From the NCBI GenBank assembly GCA_048884965.1, contig JBHLQH010000041.1:1-23917 (forward strand): 23,917 nucleotides of DNA, written 5' to 3'. This document shows, piece after piece, positions 17,422 through 23,917 of this stretch. The notes under the pieces were generated by a model. That model was not told the DNA's origin. It worked only from the letters and a program-made list of their open reading frames with translations, and did no database searches. Every line of letters starts with the position of its first letter. Position 1 is the stretch's first letter. The translations under genes and the position numbers were made by a program. The DNA comes from Candidatus Thorarchaeota archaeon. Lineage in GTDB: Archaea > Asgardarchaeota > Thorarchaeia > Thorarchaeales > Thorarchaeaceae.

Positions 17422-18255
17422 GTGGTGCACAAATTGTCGGATCGTCAGAATCTGAATGAAATTGGGTACTATGAATACGCAGCAATGATGGGCATACCAT
17501 ATTTCCACTGGGGCGGCCAAAGGGCTTCAGACAGGATAACCGAATTGCTTGGTATTGATGGCAAAACTCGCGTCCTCGTTGTGGGTTGTGGCACCGGGTA
17601 TAGTGCCTGCAGAATTGCGAAGAACACGGGCTGTGATTTGGTAGGAGTGGACATCTCAGGGGACATGGTCAAGGGGGCTCAAAAAAGAGCAATTGAATCG
17701 GGCCTTGATGATCATGTTCATTTTCAGCAAGGCGATGCATATAAGCTGGAATTTAGTGATGCTGAGTTTGACGTGTTGATGACCGAATTCGTGTCTGTCT
17801 TTCTGGAAAAGCCTTGTGTTTTTCACGAGTTCGCAAGGGTACTCATTCCTGGTGGGAAACTCGGCGTGAATGAGCTGTTTATCGCTGATGAGATGCCTTC
17901 AGAGATAGGAGCAAAAATCGAGAGTGTGCTTGAGGGATTCGAACAGGCAGTCGGACTTCCGATGAAGATTCCCACAATGTCTGAATGGAAAACATACTTC
18001 GCCGATGCAGGTCTGGACAGCATTCGTCAAGAGGTAGTAGACTACAGATACAAAATTCGCGAAACTGCGACTGCATTAGGAGGAACCTGGAAACTACTTC
18101 GTATTATTGGTCGGGTTACGTGGGACATGGCAAGGAATAGCGATTTCCGGAAACGAATGATGCCAATAGGACGGCTAAAGGATGTATTAGTGCGGGATCG
18201 CGAAACCAGAGATTACGCAGGAGCTGTCATCTGCGTCGGTACGAAACCAATCTAG
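17422..18255 (+). CDS. class I SAM-dependent methyltransferase
   Basis: HWGG, VLVVGCGTG, GVDIS, QGDAYKLEFSDAEFD, RVLIPGG. Confidence 0.9.
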   Translation: MVHKLSDRQNLNEIGYYEYAAMMGIPYFHWGGQRASDRITELLGIDGKTRVLVVGCGTGYSACRIAKNTGCDLVGVDISGDMVKGAQKRAIESGLDDHVHFQQGDAYKLEFSDAEFDVLMTEFVSVFLEKPCVFHEFARVLIPGGKLGVNELFIADEMPSEIGAKIESVLEGFEQAVGLPMKIPTMSEWKTYFADAGLDSIRQEVVDYRYKIRETATALGGTWKLLRIIGRVTWDMARNSDFRKRMMPIGRLKDVLVRDRETRDYAGAVICVGTKPI

Positions 18256-18417
18256 TCTCTCCAAGATGCAATATTGACTCAGGTCGATTAAACTCACACC
18301 TTCAATGAAAAATAGCTACATGAGAATAGCAATGCTTCTACAATACAATGTCATTGGATTTTCTTTAGAAATCAGAAACCTGCACTTTGCATTGTTCTAG
18401 CCAATTTAGAAGAATGT

Positions 18418-18624
18418 CTAATATCGTCCACTGGGAGGGTGCCGCTTTCGTTCTCTTTCCGAAATCCGATCACGTAGACGATCCATATCTCTCTCAGCTG
18501 ATTCTGCAGCACGCTGTACACGAGCTGGATCATTGACTCCTCGATTACGAGTATTGGGTGCTACTAGTAGTGCAGTGATAATGATTCCCGCAATGATTGC
18601 GACGACTACAATCCCCTCAAACAT
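18418..18624 (-). CDS. single-pass membrane microprotein (68 aa)
   Basis: MFEGIVVVAIIAGIIITALLVAPN followed by a charged helix. ATG at 18624 is preferred over the ORF-track start 18720, which overlaps the upstream gene. Confidence 0.6.
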   Translation of the reverse strand: MFEGIVVVAIIAGIIITALLVAPNTRNRGVNDPARVQRAAESAERDMDRLRDRISERERKRHPPSGRY

Positions 18625-18682
18625 GGAATATCCCTTGAGTATCAGTATTTTGAAACCAAATAAAACTTGACAGGAATATCTT

Positions 18683-18865
18683 TCAATAATGATATCTGCG
18701 TCGATGACGCTCAACATCATCTGTTGGAGTATTGCGTTCTAGATCATATTCAGCTTTTTCCATGGATGTTCTATACCCACGTCCTTTCATGCTAGGAGCG
18801 AACATTAGTAGAAGCAAAACTACAACGACAAGGAAGATTCCGCCAAACAAGTATATTTCCTGCAT
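18683..18865 (-). CDS. single-pass membrane microprotein (60 aa)
   Basis: MQEIYLFGGIFLVVVVLLLLMFAPS followed by a charged tail. GGCGGAG SD-like motif upstream. Similar to the downstream microprotein. Confidence 0.6.
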   Translation of the reverse strand: MQEIYLFGGIFLVVVVLLLLMFAPSMKGRGYRTSMEKAEYDLERNTPTDDVERHRRRYHY

Positions 18866-18995
18866 TTGAACTCCGCCACAAGAGATACTTGATTTGAGTG
18901 CCTATAAAGAATACGTTCGTGAATGACTTGATTATTTGAAGTTACGTTGGTCTAACAGTTGAAATATGATTTAACGATTTTATAAAACGCTGCAG

Positions 18996-19886
18996 GTGGA
19001 AGAAATGGTAACTTTTCGTAGTAGGCTACTGAACCGCCCGATGGTGGCGGGTATCATTGTAATAGCGGTCTACCTTTCATTTTACATCATTGGCGAGGTA
19101 GCTAGCTTGATAATTGCTAATCTCATCATTGTGAACAATCCTTTACTTGCTCAAACTGCAAGATTCGTCATTTTATTTCTCATTAATGTACTAGTGTGGT
19201 TTTGGATAATCCCTCAGGCTTTGCAGCTGCCAGATGGAAGAATCTCATTTGCGAAATATGTGGATACTATACACCTAGATAGAGAATCTGGGAAACCATA
19301 TGGGAAGAACATACTCTATGCATTTGTTTATGTTTCAGTCTTCTGTCTGGGTCTTCTCATCGCGAGTTTGCTGACAGGAGAATATGTCTTTGAGATAGAT
19401 CGAATACTGGGATTTCCAGACAATCAAGGGAACCTGAAATCATTTGGCTTTGTATTCAATTTGATACCAGGACTTTTTGAGGAAGTTGCGTATCGAGGAG
19501 TAATTCTAGTACTTCTACTAAGGAAGTACTCTGAGAAGACTTCAATCATCATCTCAGGAATCATGTTTGGTGTAAGCCATCTCATCAATATCTTAGTGTA
19601 TGGAATCTCTTGGAACACATTGACGCAGGTACTCACAGGCATTCTGATAGGAGTCTTCTTTGCGTACATTGTTCTCAAATCAGGTACCTTGCTGATCACT
19701 ATAATGATTCATTACATGTACAATTCGCTCTCCATCTTGTTCGTAGTTTTCGATGAGTCAGATCCAATGGTGTATTTCTTCTCGAAGATGCTATTTGCGT
19801 CTATTGTCCCGATTCTCATCAACGGATATCTAGCTAGGAATTTTCTCAATACAAAAACCGACTCACTGAGCAATCAAGTAGACTGA
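18996..19886 (+). CDS. CPBP (Abi/CAAX) family intramembrane glutamic endopeptidase
   Basis: EEVAYRG, FGVSH and HYMYN motifs with multiple TM helices. Confidence 0.92.
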   Translation: MEEMVTFRSRLLNRPMVAGIIVIAVYLSFYIIGEVASLIIANLIIVNNPLLAQTARFVILFLINVLVWFWIIPQALQLPDGRISFAKYVDTIHLDRESGKPYGKNILYAFVYVSVFCLGLLIASLLTGEYVFEIDRILGFPDNQGNLKSFGFVFNLIPGLFEEVAYRGVILVLLLRKYSEKTSIIISGIMFGVSHLINILVYGISWNTLTQVLTGILIGVFFAYIVLKSGTLLITIMIHYMYNSLSILFVVFDESDPMVYFFSKMLFASIVPILINGYLARNFLNTKTDSLSNQVD

Positions 19887-19914
19887 GAGTGGAAGGAACC
19901 TTGTCCAGTGACAA

Positions 19915-21555
19915 CTAATCTTTCAATACACGAGGCAAAGTAAGTCTCAGGAAAGCAGCCACTCCGAATGAGATTAGCAACTGAACTAGTACTGATAATA
20001 GGTGGTCACCAGTGTTTAGCAAAGTGAGTGCGTATCCTCCAAGTGGGGAGAGACCAACGATGCAGCTCACAATCAATGACAGAAACGACATTGCTTGATC
20101 ACCTACTAGATTGACAGCTGTCACCCGTCCGCCACCTCGTACCAGATAGATTGTCCCTCCAATAGCAGCTCCGATAGAGTAGCTGCATGGAATCTGGAAG
20201 AGAGGAATAAGAAGGAGAAAGGGCGAAGTCAAGGTGTTGAACAGAATGATTACAAGAACAAGGATCATTGTGAAAATATACGAAACAGAGAAGATAGCAA
20301 TCTTACCATTTAGAACCTGCATAGTTCTCAGTGGAATACCCTCATACACTGAAGCACCCTGTGTATCAAGGCCTAACAGACCAATCATGGCTAAACCAGC
20401 AAAGACAGTGGAATAGCCAACCACCATTAGAAGGTTCATACTTCTTATTCCTACAACACCACTCATCGACAAAGATGGCCATAGTGCAAATATCATTAGA
20501 AAGGGAAAGACAAGAAGCATGGCTGATCCTAGACTACGTGTGGCCACTCTAAGGTCCTTCCTAATCAATGCAAGTAATTCTGATGTGATAGTCAAATCAA
20601 CAGGCGAGTCAGATGAGGCCATAGCTGCTGCCACTCCACCTAATGCCAGGGTCTTCAAGGTCCTGCCACTCGTGTGATAGGTTCTGACTCCAAGGTAGAA
20701 ATAGAATGCAGAAGCAAGAATCGACGCTATTATTGTTGGCAAAGTGAAGACGAATCCATATGCGAACGTTGCGGCGACGAACCCAAATGAGAATGGAAAC
20801 ACCAATGCAAGCAGGGTTATTATGAGAGGTCCAGCAATGGAAGAGATTGCTATGATGAAGTCAACAATGGCAGGAATGTATCCAATCGCACCATACGCAA
20901 CCAAGATACCAACCATCATACCAATTCCAGTACCTATTCGTACGATTGTCGAGAGTACGGATTCATCTCCTGATTGAGATTTTGAGTAGAACCACCCTGA
21001 TACTCGAATGAGAGCTCCTAGTGCCAAGATCGACATGGCAGCCAAAGAAACAAGCACGAATATGCCTGTCTGAACACCAAGAACAAAAGACACCAAGGTT
21101 GGCATGATAACCAGCAACATCGCAATTGGAGCAATGAAGATTCGGGCAAACGCCAATAACATCAGTCCCTCTAGGTCTGTCTTACTAAATGGAAGGGTGG
21201 ATGGGAGAATCATTGCTCCGGCACTGAAGAAGCCCGTAGTAGATACCAAATTCATGAAGAATATCAGAACAAAGCCAATTCCCAAGAAGATACTAATTGA
21301 GATTGCGAATCGAAGTTCTATTGCTGCAGTGTCTTCGATGAGAAAAAATGAAGCCACCATCAGGAAACCAACCATGAGAACCATAAAACCTGTAAGTATC
21401 GAGTTGATAGCTGCACTTCTCTTAATCTGAGAGATTATGCGTTCAGGTTTCTCCTTTATCCGAGAGAGGTTGGAAGGGTTTGCCTCAAGAAATGCGCTAA
21501 AACGAATCTCTTCTGATATGACACCAGCTATTCTCCAGCGCTCTCGGAAATTCAA
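19915..21555 (-). CDS. ABC-2-type exporter permease (multi-pass membrane protein)
   Basis: About 13-14 hydrophobic helices and an ALIRKDLR motif. Its start overlaps the stop codon of the ABC ATPase. Confidence 0.8.
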   Translation of the reverse strand: MNFRERWRIAGVISEEIRFSAFLEANPSNLSRIKEKPERIISQIKRSAAINSILTGFMVLMVGFLMVASFFLIEDTAAIELRFAISISIFLGIGFVLIFFMNLVSTTGFFSAGAMILPSTLPFSKTDLEGLMLLAFARIFIAPIAMLLVIMPTLVSFVLGVQTGIFVLVSLAAMSILALGALIRVSGWFYSKSQSGDESVLSTIVRIGTGIGMMVGILVAYGAIGYIPAIVDFIIAISSIAGPLIITLLALVFPFSFGFVAATFAYGFVFTLPTIIASILASAFYFYLGVRTYHTSGRTLKTLALGGVAAAMASSDSPVDLTITSELLALIRKDLRVATRSLGSAMLLVFPFLMIFALWPSLSMSGVVGIRSMNLLMVVGYSTVFAGLAMIGLLGLDTQGASVYEGIPLRTMQVLNGKIAIFSVSYIFTMILVLVIILFNTLTSPFLLLIPLFQIPCSYSIGAAIGGTIYLVRGGGRVTAVNLVGDQAMSFLSLIVSCIVGLSPLGGYALTLLNTGDHLLSVLVQLLISFGVAAFLRLTLPRVLKD

Positions 21556-22337
21556 TTATCCAGAGCCTCCCTCAATGCGTCCACGCCTTTCCGAACTTCT
21601 TCCTCCGCTCCAGTGAGTTTGAGAAAGACATTCTCGAGGGTCGCACCTTCGGATTCTGATTGTGTACGAAGTTCGTCAAGTGTACCCTCAGCAACAAGAA
21701 CACCATCGTCGATGATACCAACTCTGTCACAGAGACCTTCTGCCATCTCCATTATGTGAGTACTGAACAACACAGAGCCGCCATTGTCTGTGTGAATACG
21801 TATGACATCCTTCATTATTCGAGTTGTTCGAACATCAAGACCTGAAAATGGTTCATCAAGAATCAGAAGATCTGGGGCATGCATCATTGCGATAAGCAGC
21901 ATTGCTTTTTGTTTGTTTCCCTGAGACAATGTGACAATAGGCTTGCCGAAGTGGCTACTAAAATCTAGAGCACGAATCATTTCATTGACACGATTTCGGG
22001 TATTGTCGTAATCCAATCCACGAACAGATGCAACGAAGTCAAGAATCTCTTTAGAAGTCAATGAGTTGTAAAGAAGCTGCTCCTCAGGTACATAACCTAC
22101 TCTCTTCTTAACTTCAATAGGATCAGAGGTCGAATCAAAGCCAAAGATACTAGCTGTACCAGAATCAGGATCCAAGAGTCCCATTAGTACTTTTAGTGTC
22201 GTTGTCTTTCCTGCTCCATTCGGACCAAGAAGACCATATATTTCACCTTCCCGTACATTAAACGTTAGATTATTGACAGCGATCAAACGATCGAAGGTCT
22301 TAACGAGAGATTTAACCTCTACAGGATTCATGTGCAT
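21552..22337 (-). CDS. ABC transporter ATP-binding protein
   Basis: Walker A GPNGAGKTT, signature LSQGNKQK, Walker B LLILDEP and H-loop STH. Confidence 0.95.
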   Translation of the reverse strand: MHMNPVEVKSLVKTFDRLIAVNNLTFNVREGEIYGLLGPNGAGKTTTLKVLMGLLDPDSGTASIFGFDSTSDPIEVKKRVGYVPEEQLLYNSLTSKEILDFVASVRGLDYDNTRNRVNEMIRALDFSSHFGKPIVTLSQGNKQKAMLLIAMMHAPDLLILDEPFSGLDVRTTRIMKDVIRIHTDNGGSVLFSTHIMEMAEGLCDRVGIIDDGVLVAEGTLDELRTQSESEGATLENVFLKLTGAEEEVRKGVDALREALDN

Positions 22338-22488
22338 TCCCCTCAGTTTGTGATAGATGACTAACCACAGACAGCTGTATTATGTCTATGAAAATGTAAA
22401 AACATATGCAATTCAAGACCATACTCGAATTCAACTTGTTGTTGAGAGGATGTCATTAAAGGAAATGGTGATGATGTCACCCTTCAGC

Positions 22489-23034
22489 TCAACTCTCACG
22501 ATTCACCAGATGAAGAGGGAAGTCAGGTATCTCTTTCAAAGCTTGCTTCAGACACACAGGTACTAGATTGATATCATCAAGCTCAGTAGGTTCAAACCAT
22601 CTGAAAGTGATCTTCAGGTCACGTCCCTGATATGGTATATCCTCCTGACCATAGAATTCATCATCCAACCAAATTCCTTCACTCTCTACTGGTTCGACAA
22701 GGAAGCAGAGACCAATCACATGGACATTCTGATTCCTCGGTCCATATGGAATTTCCTTGTTGCCTTCAAAATAGAAGAAGTTCTCAATCACGTAGAGAAG
22801 GCGTTTGACCTCTATCTCAAAACCGGTCTCTTCCAACCACTCTCTTTTGATTGCTTCCTCGAGTGTTTCATGTAGATGAACTCCACCTCCTAGAAAGGTC
22901 CAGAAGTCAAAGGTTTCAGGGCGATGTAGAAGGATACGTCCTTTGTGAAGCATTACACCCTCAGCTCGAACTCCAAAACTGCCCCTCTTTGTATCAAAGA
23001 ATATCTTGATTGGTTCCACAGAAAGCCCCAACAA
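22489..23034 (-). CDS. NUDIX hydrolase
   Basis: Nudix box GGGVHLHETLEEAIKREWLEETG; VRAEGV and ENFF match a common subfamily. Start uncertain. Confidence 0.88.
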   Translation of the reverse strand: MLGLSVEPIKIFFDTKRGSFGVRAEGVMLHKGRILLHRPETFDFWTFLGGGVHLHETLEEAIKREWLEETGFEIEVKRLLYVIENFFYFEGNKEIPYGPRNQNVHVIGLCFLVEPVESEGIWLDDEFYGQEDIPYQGRDLKITFRWFEPTELDDINLVPVCLKQALKEIPDFPLHLVNRES

Positions 23035-23246
23035 CGGATGCCAATACCACTATATGAATAGTATCAGAAAATGAGAATGGGGATGAGATGTTGATTACTA
23101 CATGGATAGCTGTAAACATTCCCAGAAAAATCACGGCTAATCCGAAATTTAAGTACGCACTAGGACCAGAAGAAATGTATTCAAGCAGCAATTCATAAAA
23201 TCACATCAAGTAATTCTTCTTCAACATTCATGGAGCAAGGATAGCA

Positions 23247-23435
23247 ATGGTAAGTATTGGAGCAAAGGATGCAATCAAAGGGAATATCCCAGATGTGAAC
23301 TATCTCATAGTGCATGACAAAGGTCTAGCAGAGGATTTTGCAAAGGCAATTAACTTCCTCACAGGTCAGGGATGGAGTATAGTGCATATATGGGCTGCGC
23401 AATCATTCCATTTTGCATTATTCACTCGCAAGTAA
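23247..23435 (+). CDS. small hypothetical protein (DUF4177/DUF1737-like pattern)
   Basis: 62 aa with the pattern 'AINFLTGQGWSIV...ALFTR'. GGA/AGGA motifs upstream. Confidence 0.55.
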   Translation: MVSIGAKDAIKGNIPDVNYLIVHDKGLAEDFAKAINFLTGQGWSIVHIWAAQSFHFALFTRK

Positions 23436-23517
23436 ATAAGAATGGAGATGACATTCAGGAATAGTGCTTATGGACAGAATAGACTTCCATAATTTGTCCT
23501 CATGGATAGTATACACA

Positions 23518-23840
23518 TCAATGTCTGTTCTCAAAGAATCGCATCATCTTTTCTTCCCAATCGGGAGGAGATTCGTGGCCGAAACCTTCAGAGATATAGA
23601 TCTTGATGCTAGGATTCAATTCTTGTAGCCGTTGATGCGCAGGTTTCAACTCGCATAGTTCACGTTGATGTCTTCAGCACCGTGGAAGATTAGGAGGTTT
23701 GCTTTCGAGATTTCTTTCAACAGGTCTTCTGTTGTGTAGTCCTTCAGAAGTTCCATATTCTCAATTGCCTTGATGGCACCGCTAAGTATCAAGAGATTCT
23801 GATAAAGGTCGGACCTCTTCAGATACCAAAGATAATGAGG
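23518..23840 (-). pseudogene. alpha/beta-hydrolase C-terminal fragment, 5'-truncated and frameshifted
   Basis: Minus strand reads ...LKRSDLYQNLLILSG...LLIFHGAEDINVNYAS* (TGA at 23646-23648), then in a shifted frame LKPAHQRLQELNPSIKIYISEGFGHESPPDWEEKMMRFFENRH* (stop at 23518). Catalytic HGxxD and GH motifs are present; the nucleophile elbow is absent. Confidence 0.7.
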
Positions 23841-23841
23841 A

Positions 23842-23917
23842 TGGAGCCGGCTCTGGGAATTGCACCCAGGTAAAACAGCTCTGCAGGCTGTCGCGTCAGC
23901 TACTCCGCCAAACCGGC
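23842..23917 (-). tRNA. tRNA-Cys (GCA)
   Basis: Minus strand GCCGGTT-TG-GCGG-AGTAGCTG-ACGC-G-ACAGC-CTGCAGA-GCTGT-TTTAC-CTGGG-TGCAATT-CCCAG-AGCCGGC-T-CCA. A 76-nt cloverleaf with GCA anticodon, U73 discriminator and encoded CCA. Confidence 0.93.

Noticed and set aside
18625-18720. N-terminal extension of the 100-aa ORF
   Set aside because: It overlaps the upstream microprotein; ATG 18624 gives a product matching its paralogue.
1580-21845. Numerous 60-160 aa ORFs antisense to or nested in large genes
   Set aside because: Shadow ORFs of well-supported CDSs.
22357-22566. 69-aa + strand ORF
   Set aside because: It overlaps the Nudix 3' end antisense and has no motif.
22994-23191. 65-aa hydrophobic ORF upstream of the Nudix gene
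   Set aside because: TTG start, no SD, overlaps the Nudix start and has no recognisable family. It could be a remnant but is unsupported.
1-23917. CRISPR array, IS element, integrase or att duplication
   Set aside because: No regularly spaced repeats, transposase or recombinase motifs, or second copy of the tRNA 3' end were seen by eye.

Overview
Archaeal chromosomal window, most likely from an Asgard archaeon (Thorarchaeota-like; inferred from longin/small-GTPase proteins, GGTG/GAGG Shine-Dalgarno motifs, an archaeal-type tRNA-Cys and an F420-type LLM gene). The left part is core-like: the end of a HAD hydrolase, nadA, a divergent NAD-kinase-like protein fused to a winged HTH, and a beta-CASP nuclease with a long unknown N-terminus. 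Next come two tandem paralogues that appear to share the architecture longin - small GTPase - acidic linker - longin - tandem winged helix. One has an intact GTPase, the other a degenerate pseudo-GTPase, and the C-terminal module resembles the GATOR1 subunits NPRL2/NPRL3. This pair is the most interesting system here. The right part is accessory: an orphan Alw26I/Eco31I/Esp3I-type methyltransferase pair (m6A plus circularly permuted m5C, no endonuclease), a GNAT, two paralogous unknown wHTH proteins flanking TPR / NDT-like / Zn-microprotein genes, an LLM oxidoreductase, a SAM methyltransferase, tandem membrane microproteins, a CPBP protease, an ABC exporter, a Nudix hydrolase, and a frameshifted alpha/beta-hydrolase remnant abutting a tRNA-Cys(GCA) with non-canonical D/T loops at the window end. 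All domain calls were made by eye from motifs; no searches were run.
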